Positions 25,330-38,439 of a stretch of 64,000 bases of DNA are shown in pieces. The notes below the pieces were generated by a model. It did no database searches, had not been told where the DNA came from, and saw only the letters and a program-made list of their open reading frames with translations. Numbering within the stretch: the first letter of the stretch is position 1; every line of letters begins with the position of its first letter. The stretch is from Octopus sinensis (taxonomy: Eukaryota): assembly GCF_006345805.1 (NCBI RefSeq), contig NC_043021.1:930001-994000 (forward strand), given 5' to 3'. The position numbers and the translations under genes were made by a program.

Positions 25330-28300
25330 TTATAAACTCCTCAATGTGGTACTGATCCAGTTCCTGAAGTAAGAAACGCTGGTAAAGATGGCAGCATCAA
25401 TAGCGCAGTCATAACCAAATGATGTGATGCCAGCCACAACCATGTTGCCAGTTCTGCTGGGGCAATAGAAAGGACCACCAGAATCACCCTGGGTAGGAAA
25501 CAAAAAGAACATTTAACAATTAGTTCGAGATGGTACGGGTGTGTATACTGGTATATATATGAGAATGTGTATAGAAATATGTAAATGTGATGAGATATAT
25601 GTATGTCCTTTGCTGGCTCTAGGAAACTGATGACGTTGATACGATTCCTACAGCAATAGCTTTGAAAGTGGATTGGTGAGGTTGGTGGTGGTGGTCATAA
25701 TATTGATGATGATGATGGCGTTAACCTTCGTCTCGTTCGTCTTGTTGTTCGTATTGGTGATTGTGTTGGTGTTGGAGTGGGATGGAAAGGATGTAAATGA
25801 CATTAATTGCTTGACAAGGGACATCGTTGTCAACCGTTAAAAAAAGATCTGAGAAATGTAATATTAAGAGAGCGAACTTACCATACAGGTGCTGGCTCCA
25901 CCGTAGTTGAAGTCACCTCCACAAATATGTTGGTCAGTGAGAGAAGCATAACTCATTCTCTTTTTGCAGACACTGTGGTCAACAACTGGCATTGCTACGT
26001 GCATTAACTTGCTTGATGAAGGGCTGGTGACTGGAAAATACAGAAACGCATTAATTATTTTTGATTAGAGAAAATTCTTTCCGCCGACCTCTTCCAGCCA
26101 CACGGAGGAATAAAGGAAAGAAAGGAAAAAGAAAAACAAAGATATAGATAAGGGAAAATGTACCAGTTAGAGGTCAGTGGAAATATGTGCCCCATTACCA
26201 TTGAGGAATACAACAAATTCTTAAGGAAAGAACTCAACAAATCATACAAGCTGGCCCCAAGATCTGCCCTGAATGAAATCAACAACAACCACTGCAAACT
26301 TATGAGGAAATTACAAGTGGATGACCGAACCGAACCATACCGCCCTGCATCTCCACACTTTAATCTCAAGGATCACAAGAAGAACTTTATTACCAAACCT
26401 TCAATACGCCTAATATGCCCCACCAACGATTCAGCCAGGGGATTAATTCGTTGCGATTTTCTTTGTCTTATTTATTAATAAACATGGTGTTTTTTTTTAA
26501 CATTTCGTTCTTGTTTACTAATGACCAATAAGTAGTTTTTCAAAGACTTCGTCTTGATCTTGAATACGTTTGATCCAATGGATATACAATCCATTAGACC
26601 AAAGAGAGGGCGTGACTGACAGGTTGAGTGAACGGCAAAATAGTAAATGAAACGAATACTTACATCCAGTTTTACCCCATCCAGCCGCGATACATCTTTT
26701 CCTGTCAAATTTCTCTCCGGGAGCAGGAAGGGCCGCAGCAGTTACACAGTTTCCAAACGGCACTGGCTTAGGCAGACGTATCATAGCAATATCGTTGCCT
26801 TTTAAAGTAGAGATTATTATTATTATTATTATCATATACACTCAACAGATTAGATTCTTGGAAAAGAAAAATTCCTAACATCGGGCTACAAGTATCCTTA
26901 GATGCCAACAACCCTCCTCGTTGTCCCTAATAACACTGTTTTCTGGAGCTGTACTGCACTGGGTTTCATGCCTATTTCCTCGACCCCTCTGTTCAAATCT
27001 TTACGGATAGTTCCCAATGCACCTATAACTATTGGGATACATTCCACCCTCACTCTCCATAGTGCCTGTAATTCAATGGTTAGGTCCAGCTACTTTTTTC
27101 TGTGCCTCTCATATCAATTTCTTCATCATTTGGGACTGTAAAGTCAATTATCTGGCACTTTCTATTCTCTTTATCTACCACTACCAAATCAGGCCTTCTA
27201 GCTTCTATTACTCTGTCAGTCGGAATGTTAATGTCCCACAACACCTTGTATTTCTTATTTTCTAGTACTTTGCTAGTTTCATTTTCATTCCATTTATCAG
27301 TATGTTCAAATACTAGCTTTCTACATAGCTACCAGTGGATTGCCCTCCCGAGATTGTCATGTCTTTCCGTGCCAGCATACTACAGTCACCATATGAGTAA
27401 GGCTTTCCTCTTTTAATTTGCATAATCTACATGTGGAATCTACTTGGTTTTAGTCACAAACTTTACGACAAGCATTTGAATAATGCTACAGAGAACATGA
27501 ATAAGAAAAACAGTGGGAAGACGAGAGAAAGACAATGGACACCTCATCAACGGTTGACAACTTCTCGAGTAAGTTTTTGCGTATTTTGGTGTTTAACACA
27601 CATTTAGCTGTTTAACTGTAGTAGCTTATAGCCGGTGTTTAGCTTACATTGAGGTGTTTAACATTCACTTATGTCTGTAATCACAAGTAAATCGCCAAAA
27701 TGTTTAGATATAAGATTATTTGTGTAGAGTATGCGGTTAAATATCGATTGGAAAATACTTACGCATGGGTTTAGAAGAATACTGAGAATGTACTTTCCAT
27801 TTAGTAGCTGTCATAACATATCGACCTCTCTGGTCGTTATTATTGGTACCAATATTTACAGAAATTGAACGAGTTCCAGGATTGCTTAAATAAATGAAAA
27901 CGAAATCACGTGCATTACTTTCAGTCTCCTATATTTAGCCATGTCTCAAATATAGAACTGTATAAACGGCGAACTAAAGTTTAATTATTTTACTGTAGTA
28001 TGAATAGAATTTTAGCTTGAGATCATAAACTAGCGAAAATTATATAAACAGAAATCGTATAAGTGACTGCTTCTTTTAGAGTATTTAATGAAAGAAAATG
28101 GTATTAGAAATAATAAGAGAGATATCTACGAAATAGTAAGGAAGCATGGTTAGTTTGTAACCCGTGAAAGAAAATTTTACTTACAAGCAATGGGCAGCGG
28201 TCAAAACATGTTGGTTGTCCAATAGTGTACCACCACAAGCGAAACCACCCTGAGCAGTATCAAAGATCAAGTGAACAATTGATGGATACTGGCAATTTGC

Positions 28301-28551
28301 TGCTGGAGAGCCACCAACGATTTGTTCCTCCGGGGCTGGAAAGATATTAACAAACAATATTAGCAAATATGTTAACAAAAAGCTGTGTATTGTGTTGTTG
28401 GTGGTTTAGTTGTATAGAAATATAAATTTTCTTGATAATACAATCGTGTTAAGGTCTCGAAAATTATCAAATAAAGCAATATAACAGTGAAGGGTTGTTT
28501 ACCAGCGAAACTGAGAGGAAGAGCGATTGCTAAACAAAATATAGCCAACAT
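25330..28551 (-). CDS. Secreted chymotrypsin-like S1A serine protease, copy B (CDS appears identical to A). Exons 28503-28551, 28185-28335, 27763-27884, 26664-26798, 25882-26030, 25330-25488.
   Basis: Same exons, splice sites and translation as copy A, offset by 14736-14738 bp. Confidence 0.93.
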
Positions 28552-28616
28552 GTTTGAGATTGGTGATGCTTCTGAGTCTGAAACTCTTTATGCTTCCTCG
28601 GTAATATTGCTCCTTC

Positions 28617-28623
28617 TTTTATA
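28617..28623 (-). promoter_or_regulatory. TATA box (TATAAAA) of protease B
   Basis: Same motif and 72-nt spacing to the ATG. Confidence 0.75.
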
Positions 28624-30139
28624 GCTTTAACTCGGCAAGGATTTCTTTTCAAAGCGCAATTCTCAATAAGTGGAAGTTCTTTAAAAAAACGTAGATTTCT
28701 TTTGTAACTTTTGTTAAAGCACGGTAACACTTCCAATGACAATGCGAGACTCGGGATCAATTACGGTCTACGGCTTTTCTTTAGAAACTGTTCATGGTGA
28801 CGCCATTTGTGCGAACGACAAAGGTTCGTAAATTATAAAAGAACTTTAAAAAGATGAACTAAAGGCTACTTAGTAGCTTTTAGTCCGTTCTTCTTTAATT
28901 GTACTGTCTTGCTGATGCCAGTAATGTTGCTTAATTTTTGCGTTCACATACATAAGATACGTTATACATACATACATACATACACACACACATACATACA
29001 CACACACATACATACATACATACATACATACAAACATACATACATACATACATACATACATACATACATACATACATACATACATACATACACACACATA
29101 ACACACATACATACATGCATGCATATGAATAATGTATGTATGTATGTATGTATGTATGTATGTATGTATGTATGTATGTATGTATGTATGTGTGTGTGTA
29201 TGTATATAGGCATGTATGTATGTATGTATGTATGTATGTATGTATGTATGTATGTATGTATGTATGTATGTATGTATGTATGTGTGTGTGTGCATTTGAC
29301 GCATGCCAAAGCCCTCAGGTGCTGATAATCAACGGATATAGTTACTGACTTTATGGAATCCCGTTTGTTCAATTAGGAGGCCCCGAAACAGAAACGGAAC
29401 ACTCACAGGAATTCCCGAAGAAGTTATCAACGAACTTCTGCATTTCAATTTCTTTCACACGACTCAACCAATCACAGTCATTATTCTTTACTACTCTAGG
29501 CTGAAACCCAAAATTGGTAGGAGGGGGCCAATCAATTAGATCTACCTCAGAACGCAACTGGTACTTAATTTATCGATCCCGAAAGGATGAAAGGCAAAGT
29601 TGATCTCGGTGGAATTTGAACTCAGAACATAGCGGCAGAAGAAATACCTATTTCTTTACTACCCACAGGGGCTAAACACAGAGGGGACAAACAAGGACAG
29701 ACAAACGGATTAAGTCGATTACATCGACCCCAGTGCGTGACTGGTACTTATTTATTCGACCCCGAAAGAATGAAAGGCAAAGTCGACCTCGGCGGTATTT
29801 GAACTGAGAACGTTGCGGCAGACGAAATACCGCTAAGAATTTCGCCCGGCGTGCTCGCCGCCTTAGCCACAATCACTATTACAATATTACCGTTGCTTAC
29901 AGGACGTGATGTCGATATCTCTTTGACTAACAGTAAAGTCTTTTCATTCACACTGTTTTCTCTCCTGAACCATCTCATATAACAAGGAACTTTGAGTAGC
30001 AATCCTATGAATTATCAGCTTTAGCGAATAAACTATTTTAAGTTTAGTGCTTTTCTCATTTATATAGACAAACGCATCATACACACACAGAAAAATATAT
30101 GCATATATTTGTGTGAATGTGTGTATGTATGCGTGCATT

Positions 30140-30205
<66 letters not shown>

Positions 30206-30224
30206 TACGTATGCATTTATATAC

Positions 30225-30279
<55 letters not shown>

Positions 30280-30289
30280 TGAATAGAAA

Positions 30290-33200
30290 GATGAATAATC
30301 TTGTAGTAGATTAATCAAAAGTTTAACCGATACCTTAGTAGCAAAAATCACAGCAGTAAACAGCACGGTTGGAGGTACAACCATCTGGCGTTGCAACCGT
30401 GCGTTGGTGCGGATAATTGAAATTAAAACATTATTGGTGAAATTGAAGAAATGGAGCTGAACGCAGATTGAACAACCGAATTCAAATGAGAACTCAGCCG
30501 CTTAGCCCCAAGCAACCCAGATTTATAGTGAAGGACCATAAACCTAACTTCCACACCAACCCAGCGCTAAGACTCATATGCCCTGCTAGATCTGATATCG
30601 GGATAATCAGTAAGTACATTTTAGATAAATATATCCCTAGTTTAGTAAACAAGCTGAAGCTCAGCCTCTGGGCCAACTCCTCGCAGGTAGTGAAGTGGTT
30701 CTCTTCCATCCCCAATAAGAACCGTACTAGGTTCATTCAGTTTGATATCGCCAGCTTCTACCCCTCGATTAACCCTAGTGTGCTAAATAAGGCCCTCTGG
30801 CATGCTCACAACAAGGCTGGCCTCACCAGAGAAGAGATAGATATCATTTTAGTTGCCAGGAAATCGTTTATTAAGTTTGATAATAAGTTGTGGATCCGTA
30901 AAGATACTCCCAATGAATTTGATGTGCCTATGGGTAGTTCGGATAGTGCGCAGATAGCCGATTTGGTCGGAATATATATTCTCTACGAATTGTCCGATCA
31001 ATTCCGGAGATCGCGGGCGGCCTGTATCGTGACGATTGTCTGTTTTACCTGCAAAACACCACGAACAGAATAGTGCAGAAAACTAAGAGCAGGTTAGCTA
31101 GGTTTTTTAATAGAATGGCATGAGTATAGTTTTTGATAATGAACTCACCAAGGCTAATTTCCTAGACGTTACACTTAACCTTAATAGCGACTCATACTGC
31201 CCTTACCATAAGCCTTCCACTAATTTGAAGTATGTCAGTGTCTTCTCAAATCATGCCAAAACCGTAACAGACAATTTGGTTAAAAACATCTCTCTAAGAT
31301 TGTCTGGCTTGTCCGCCAGTGCCGATATTTTTATGCAGAAAGCGGAATTTTATAACGCCGCACTATCCAAGGCCGGTTATAGGCAGAAGGTAATTTATAT
31401 TGATCCGGCCCTTCCGATGCCATCATTCGGTCATCAGGATAGGGCCGTATATAATAACATTAACATTTTAAGTAAGGACGGGAGCGCGGCGGATGCCGGG
31501 GTAGTCGCTCCCGCATTTAATTTAGCGAACAAGGATAATTATCGGTCCGGGAGGTCTTACACTAACCCAAGACCCGTTATTCATCCGAGAATCACCCACC
31601 CGAATGCGAGAGCTGGCGTCCCGACCATCACACTGATAGGAATAAGCATATATGGTTTGTAATCCCCTTGGTAAGCAGATTAGAACTAACCTCCCCCTCA
31701 TGTTTAGACAAGCCATCGCCAATAACTTCCCCAGAAATTCCAATATTACTCCACGGTTAACTCACATAAAGTTAGGATAGCTTTCTCCAACACTAAAAAC
31801 CTCGCCCAGATAATCGCCTCCCATAATAATAGGCTACTTACTAAGACCCTATCACCTTTTTCCGGAGGCACAGCCCTCTCCGCTCCCGTTTAATGCTCAG
31901 TAGGAATAATTATAGTAGTAATAATGATATGAGAGCCAGTACAGTGACACATAATCTCAGCTCCAGCCAGGGAGTACCCACTAGGGGTATAGTTATAAAT
32001 AGGGGTGTTGTGGTTGACGGTAACTATGGGAGTAGGGTAGAGAGCCCCATTAGCATCCCCAGCATCATTTCCCGCAATAGCAGTACCACGGGCAGTAGCA
32101 ATGACAGCACTCTGATAGATAGTGGAGAATCAGGGGTTATTCCTATAGTTAATAGTGACGTAGTGGAAAATAGAGTAGTAAGCGGCTGCAGGTCTCGGAA
32201 CGAATATAGTGACAGGAACGCAGTTCTAATTTCAGAAACCAATCCTAGCAGATTAAGATTCACGTCGGCGAACTCCAAGATCAAAAACGCCGTCTACCAA
32301 TGCAAGGTTTACACGGACTCAGATGCCTTCACTTATGTAGGGGCATCATCCTCAAGATTGTCTTTGCGTGTCTCCAACCATTACGCAACTTTTCGGGACG
32401 TGAACAAGCGCCAGACCACGGGACTCAGTAAGCTAATATGGCGACTGAAGGATGCGAACTTAAGCTATAGGCTGGAATGGTCAATTTTGTCGGTGGCCCT
32501 CCCATTTGATAGGGGCAGAAGACAGTGCAACCTTTGTGTCTCCGAACTCTTCCATATTTTGTTTGCCAGAGGCCGGATGGTAAACGGGCTCTTACAGTCG
32601 GCTTTTCGATGCCCCCATTGGCGGCGTTACACTTATCTGGCCTTTAAATAGCGTTTTAAATAATACCGGCACCCATAGCCCTTGGTAACAAATTCTGAAA
32701 TAGCCTTTAAGATATCTACGATTAACCACTGCAAGGGGAATTACTCCTGTAAGACAAACGGGGCTTGGTTTTTTCACAGCGGGGGGTTTCCTTGACAAGG
32801 CAGGCTTAGATGAACACACACACACATAAAACATAATATATATATATAATTTTTTTATTTTTTTCTTTCTGCCACCCAACGGTTATCACGGCAGTAGCCA
32901 CTGACAGCCGAACGATCAAACGCACACACGTACACAAAAAATGTTTTCTACCCCTACGCCAACACACACATATATAGAACAGTATACACACACACACGTC
33001 TCTAAGTAGATTTTTTCTCGCCCCTTATAAAACATCCAATATTCTTTAAATAGTCAGAACTTTATTCTCGGTCACAAAGAACATCTATACACCCTCACCC
33101 ACATGATTGACCGATGCCTGACCCGTTGAATTCTTCAGCCACCGGTTCTCAACATACACTGATAAACAGTTTCGCCATGGGCTCTTAGGAGCACAGTTCG

Positions 33201-33394
33201 ATTTGTTTTTTGCTCCGCCTCTGTTCTGTTTTTGTTTTTCCAACGGATTTCCTTTTTTCTTCCTGAAGAGAAAGACACAATATGGTCCCATTATTCAATC
33301 GGATTTTGGTAATTTGTGCCTTTCGAAACACGTGTAGAATGAAATAAAACGATTTCTGTTCAATCTGCGTTCAGCTCCATTTCTTCAATTCACC
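30290..33394 (+). mobile_element. Penelope-like retroelement (RT + C-terminal GIY-YIG, probably Hydra-clade type), 5'-truncated with inverted 5' pLTR piece, inserted in (TA)n
   Basis: RT: FIQFDIASFYPSI, FDVPMGSSDSAQIADLVG, GLYRDD (after a frameshift), ANFLDVTLNL. EN: AVYQCKV...TYVG...RVSNH...EWSIL...CNLC. 30436-30474 is the reverse complement of 33357-33394. (TA)n on both sides; hammerhead in the 3' pLTR. Confidence 0.9.
33260..33339 (+). ncRNA. Type I hammerhead ribozyme with intact core, in the Penelope 3' pLTR
   Basis: TTC-CTGAAGA-GAAAG...CTTTC-GAAA-C-ACGT-GTA-GAA: 3-bp stem I, 5-bp stem II plus an extension, palindromic CACGTG stem III. Predicted cleavage after GUA (A33336). Confidence 0.8.
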
Positions 33395-33455
<61 letters not shown>

Positions 33456-33498
33456 ACACACACACTCATATATATATATATATATACGTATATATATG

Positions 33499-33536
<38 letters not shown>

Positions 33537-33659
33537 TGTATACATGCATATATACAGTATGTGTGTGTATATATATATGTATATATTACAAAAGCGTAAT
33601 GGCAATAGGGTAGGGATGGTGGGAGCAAGTTTTGGTAAAACAAGAAGCTTCTAGTACTT

Positions 33660-35148
33660 ACCTGCACGTTGGCGGCAGATGCAAAGATGGTCACCTTCCA
33701 GGGACCTCGTGACAACCCAGGGACTCAGTCCTACACCTCCGACTCAGCAGACCTATTTGGGGACACCGCTGCTTTCCTTGAATGGGGAAGAGCCTAAAAA
33801 GGTGGGCTAAATATCGGATGTCACCACAGAATCCTGGCTGGTAAGCCGCGTCCAGCATGACACCCATTCAAGCAGTGGAACAACAACAGAAATTTAATTA
33901 AATAAATTAATTAAACTAATCGTTGGAACATGGAACGTGCGAACGCTCCTCGATCCTCAACACACAGAGAGATCAGAACGTTGAATAGCTCTTGTCTCCA
34001 TAGAACTGGCGAGATTTAACATCGACGTCACTGCCCTCAGTGAAAACTGAAGAGAAAGGTCCTGGTTCTTCTGAAAAGGGAAAGAAAAAGGAGAGTGAAA
34101 AATTCATGGAGTCGCTTTTGCTGTAAAATCCAGGCTTGTGAAGGAACGCTATCAATGAACGGCTTATGACTCTCCGAATACCGATCTCCGTCACCAGCTT
34201 TATGACACTGTTTTCTGCTTACGCACCTACACCTGATACTAATGACAACGTGAAGACACCTTGTACCAACAGCTGAGTGGTCTGATCTTCAATGTACCCC
34301 CAAATGACAGGCTCCTCCCCCCTCCTCCTCCTCCACCTCCTCCTCAGGGATTTCAATGCAAGAGTGTGGATTGACAACAGACTATGGAAAAATGTTATTA
34401 ACAAAGAAGGAGTCGGAAACTGCAATGAGAATAGACTCCTGCCCCTTGGGGTGTGTGCTGAACACTCTCTCTTCATCACCAACACCAAATTTCGACTCCC
34501 AAATCGCTTCAAGACCACCTGGAATCACCCCAAATCGAAACACTAGCACCTCCTAGACTACTCCATCATCCGACAAAGAGGAAAAAGAAACGTCCTTATC
34601 ACGTGAATGGCTAACAGTGCTGACGATTGCTGGCCAGGCCATCGATTAGTCATCGATCGCCTTCGAATAATGATTATCAAAAAACCAAAAACTAGAAAGA
34701 CAAAACCAGTCAGAAGAAAATTTGACAGATCGAAGCTTAACAACCTCGAGATCGGCTCCCTTTATGCATCTTCCATTCTGAAACATCTTCAATCCATCCC
34801 ATCTGACAACCAGGAAATGGATAAGGAATGGAGCACACTTCGGAAAAGCATCACTGAAGTGGATGAAAATATACTCGGGTACAGTAAAAGGAGACAGCAG
34901 ACAAGGTCTGATGACAATGATCAAGAAATCAGCCAGCTGATCGATGCAAAACGGCAGGCTGCGCCTCTCTCGTGCGCAAGGTCCAAGATCACGACACAAT
35001 AAAAGGTGAGATATCAAGACTTCAAAAGACAATGCCAAACAAAATTGAGGGATTTGCAGAACAACTGGGGGCAACAAAAAACCACTGAATTCCAGGGCTA
35101 TGCTGACGCTCGTGACCTCAGACGCTTCTACACAGCAACGAAAGAACT
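33660..35148 (+). mobile_element. Decayed RTE-BovB-like LINE 5' part (UTR + APE endonuclease)
   Basis: LIVGTWNVRTLLD, ELARFNIDVTALSE, GDFNARV-like, LFITNTKFRLPNRFKTTWNHPKSKH, DCWPGHRLV. Confidence 0.85.
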
Positions 35149-35158
35149 GATGATGATG

Positions 35159-35218
<60 letters not shown>

Positions 35219-35242
35219 GTAGTAATAATAATAATAATAATA

Positions 35243-35281
<39 letters not shown>

Positions 35282-35308
35282 ATGATGATGATGATGATGA
35301 TGATGATG

Positions 35309-35350
<42 letters not shown>

Positions 35351-35364
35351 TAATAATAATAATA

Positions 35365-36480
35365 GGGAGTATAACTCCAAACTTACAGGGAAAAATTCTA
35401 TTTTGTATTAAATCAAATTTCACAATATAAATATAATATATAAATTAGAGAAAAACTACTATCATGCAATTCAAACAATAATGGATATAAACCAAATCAT
35501 AAATCATAAATAGAATATATTTTTTAAAACATATAACTAGATCACAAAAAGTACAAAAATGAATAAACAATATATAATAATATAAAATAAGTAAAAAAAA
35601 ACTACGTACGTTTCAAGGTTATAACTTAAATTCGAATTACAATTAAATTTGAATTTAATCTAAAAACAATTCAATTTAAAGTTATAGTCACTCTTCAGGT
35701 TAACAATAATAGCAATAATAGTTAAATAAATAAGCAAATAGAATTAAACAATATTTTTTAAAGAAATAAAATCATGATTTTTTTTATAGAAGAATCTCTA
35801 TTAACTAAATTTGAAACTTAAAACATTAGGACTAGTTGCCTACAAAATTCGAAGAATTAAACTACGTTAAACTTACAAATTACAATTTTGTCTTCAATTT
35901 TGTTTTCTTTTGACACATTCTACCAGTATACGAAGTTTCAAATTGTTTAGTTAACTAGAAAATTCCGTCCATCAAAAGGAAAAGATCCCATCTTTCTTCT
36001 ACCCCTGTGAAGAGAGTGTGCTTAATATAATGATTTTAATAATTGCTATTTAATCTTCTTAGGATTGATTGAAACAGCTGTAAGGGACTGTGTCTGATTT
36101 TTGCAGATAATAATTTTTTATTAAATGCTATGTCTCTAATTTCTTATTTTCTTTTGAATGATTATAAACCATGGTTTATATATAAACCTATTGTTATATG
36201 AATATTATTATTCACAACAAATCTTTTAGAATACCTGTTAAGTGTTTTGTTTCTAGGAAAATTTTGTTGGTAAAATGTTTTGTCCCATTTCTTTCCCTTA
36301 AACATTTGCTAAAATAAAATATCTTCAATTTGCTAATCTTGCAAGTTTCTCCGTTCTGGCTGTCCTATTTGCTGTTTGTGGTTCTGATTCGTTCTGGCTA
36401 ATGGAATTTTCAATGCAATTTGGACATGATATGTAGTTTATCAAATTTCATGTCTTACAGTTCAAATCATTTATTTTGAA
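35365..36480 (-). mobile_element. Decayed Penelope-like element (GIY-YIG remnant + pLTR)
   Basis: Minus strand FKINDLNCKT*NLINYISCPNCIEN...HKQQI is a GIY-YIG remnant. The terminus gggagtataactccaaacttacaggg is shared with ~3975 and ~62050. Contains a hammerhead on the same strand. Confidence 0.65.
35600..35701 (-). ncRNA. Hammerhead ribozyme motif with a long AT-rich stem II
   Basis: Minus strand: AAC-CTGAAGA-gtgactataactttaaattgaatt...aattcgaatttaagttataacctt-GAAA-C-GTAC-GTA-GTT. Confidence 0.6.
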
Positions 36481-37261
36481 TGATTTTTCGCTTTTTTCCT
36501 TTATTTTTCTTTCTTTTTTTAACTTTATCTCAGAACTAGTTTCCAAACTGTTGACGATATGAAGGAAAAATCTCGAACACATGAAAATGGCTGTGAAAAT
36601 AGCTTCAGGGTCTGGTAAAATACCTTTGTAGGCAACCTTATTTGAATCAGTGACGTCATGTTTCAATGAGTCATCTTTAGTTATCTCCCCTGTCGCATCG
36701 CTGGCAACTAATTGGTGCACGTTACCTTGCTATAAAATGACGTGCATGGACACGTCACACACTCTCTCTTTCTTCTCCTGTACACCACCTGCGACCAGCT
36801 ATGGTGTTCTCCATCTCCGTACCTGCTATGAGACAAACTTCTTGTTGACTGAGAGGAAAGCATTGCCTTATTCAAATTCCATTCTGTTCAGTTGAAATAC
36901 TCTCATTCCGTATCGGAATAAATTCCTTATGTACATGGCGGCTTCACAATCTCACACGAGTTGTCTCTGGCTGGTTTGATTCCAACAGCTATCGAAGAAT
37001 GACCGAACATTATATTAAATTAGGGGGCTAGAAACCCACTAAACCCTTATGGACGGGGTGAAAAAAAACTGCTATAGAGAATCGAACTCTGCATCTCTCA
37101 GATTCCAGCTGAGAGCTCTGTACCATCGAACTAAACAACCCCGAACAACAGATACCGTCTTTTATAGTTTTTGAACTGTAAGAGGTATAGCGTTCGATTC
37201 TCTGTTGCGGCTTGCTGTCCACTTTTTTCCGTCTACAAGGGTATTCTATCCAATCCTCCCA

Positions 37262-37815
37262 GCTGTTCTCGCAGCTATTCTCCTGCATTCGAGATTTCCT
37301 TCTCATCTAAAATGCCAGCTCACTCGCTGCTTCAATGTTTATATTTTAAGCCAGTCGTCCATAAAAATCTTCTCACATGTTTTCATTACTTTTTGTGTCT
37401 ATCTTTTTTCTTTCTATTTTCCTTTTTCTCCGTCTTTCTATACTTTTTTCCTTTCTTCCATTTTATTCCGCCTCACGCGTAACTTTGAGCTTTTTTCTCT
37501 CTCTAAAGCTTTCATTCTACAAGTGCACATGTGTTTCCATCTGTTTGTGAATCAGTAAATGTGATTGTGCACGTGTTTTTCATGTATGCATATGTTGATT
37601 GTATGTATATTTGTATGCATGTATATGTGGGTTCGAATGAATGTATGTGTGTGTCCCTTTTCTGTTTGTACGCCCATGATTGTTCAGTTCGTGTGCTTCT
37701 TTGTCTGCAATCTCCCGACCTCCCACTTGTCCTCCCCTTGCAACAATTCCTCCCACTACCCCCCAACTTCACCTCTTCATCTTCGCCGCCTCAATTATCC
37801 ATTCTCGTCTCTCTA
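37262..37815 (+). repeat. ~550-bp sequence paralogous (roughly 85-90%) to 15930-17300, without the two insertions found there
   Basis: Colinear matches 37262-37345/15930-16012, 37346-37635/16517-16813 and 37636-37815/17111-17300. Confidence 0.85.
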
Positions 37816-38163
37816 CTACTAATACCAAAACTTCATTCCAACTAACAACGATACAAAGCTTCCTCTTTGCAATGTAGGTAACGAAAACAATGTCACATTT
37901 TAAACCGGAGAAAAGTCTTGCATATTTTTATTGTTCTGCTTACAGATTGTATTTGTAATGTGCGAATCAGTTGGTTGATTTCTTCATCTGAAAATCCAAG
38001 CTTATCTAGACTGACAAGTAGGTATTTATTTACAAAAACAAGTGGTATAAATTTAAATCTGTAGTCTGATTGTAGAAGCTGAAAATTTCGAAGCAGTTAT
38101 CCATGTATGTATGTATGTATGTATGTATGTATGTATGTATGTATGTATGTATGTATGTATGTA

Positions 38164-38232
<69 letters not shown>

Positions 38233-38439
38233 ATGTATGTATCTCTCTTCGATTTTTTAATGATTATAAATCTCCCACTGAGGAGAAAGCCGGTTTCCAG
38301 ACATTGTTTTTTTTTCTTATTTCATGTTACATTTCAATGCTTCTTTTATGATACTGTTTGTACATCGAGATGGCAAATCAAATATATGTTGTTAAAAAAT
38401 GTTTCCTTCTCTTTTCCTTACAGACCTCCACATCATTTG

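Larger units (their letters stand above)
24585..30089 (+). repeat. Segmental duplication, copy 2 (contains protease B)
   Basis: Starts inside an RTE fragment (actgcatcattgtctc) and ends in a (CA)n run, matching copy 1. Confidence 0.95.

Noticed and set aside
28181-28378. Stand-alone 65-aa ORF MLTYLL...IVGG...TAAHCL as a short protease gene
   Set aside because: It is exon 2 of gene B extended into intron 1; it is missing from the track for A only because of a 1-bp intronic indel.
30330-30470. Upstream extension of the Penelope ORF through further frameshifts
   Set aside because: This segment is the inverted pLTR (reverse complement of 33357-33394 and beyond), not coding sequence.
30468-32651. 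Selenocysteine recoding in the Penelope ORF (described for some Naiad PLEs)
   Set aside because: The EN is C-terminal (not Naiad architecture), and the breaks are frameshifts, not in-frame UGA at conserved Cys.
33100-33185. Possible minus-strand hammerhead (GAAAC...CTGAAGA)
   Set aside because: The cleavage triplet would be GUG, and stems I and II do not pair.
36649-36672. Adjacent CRE (TGACGTCA) and AP-1 (TGAGTCA) motifs
   Set aside because: They are far from any TSS, not conserved among paralogous loci, and short motifs occur by chance.
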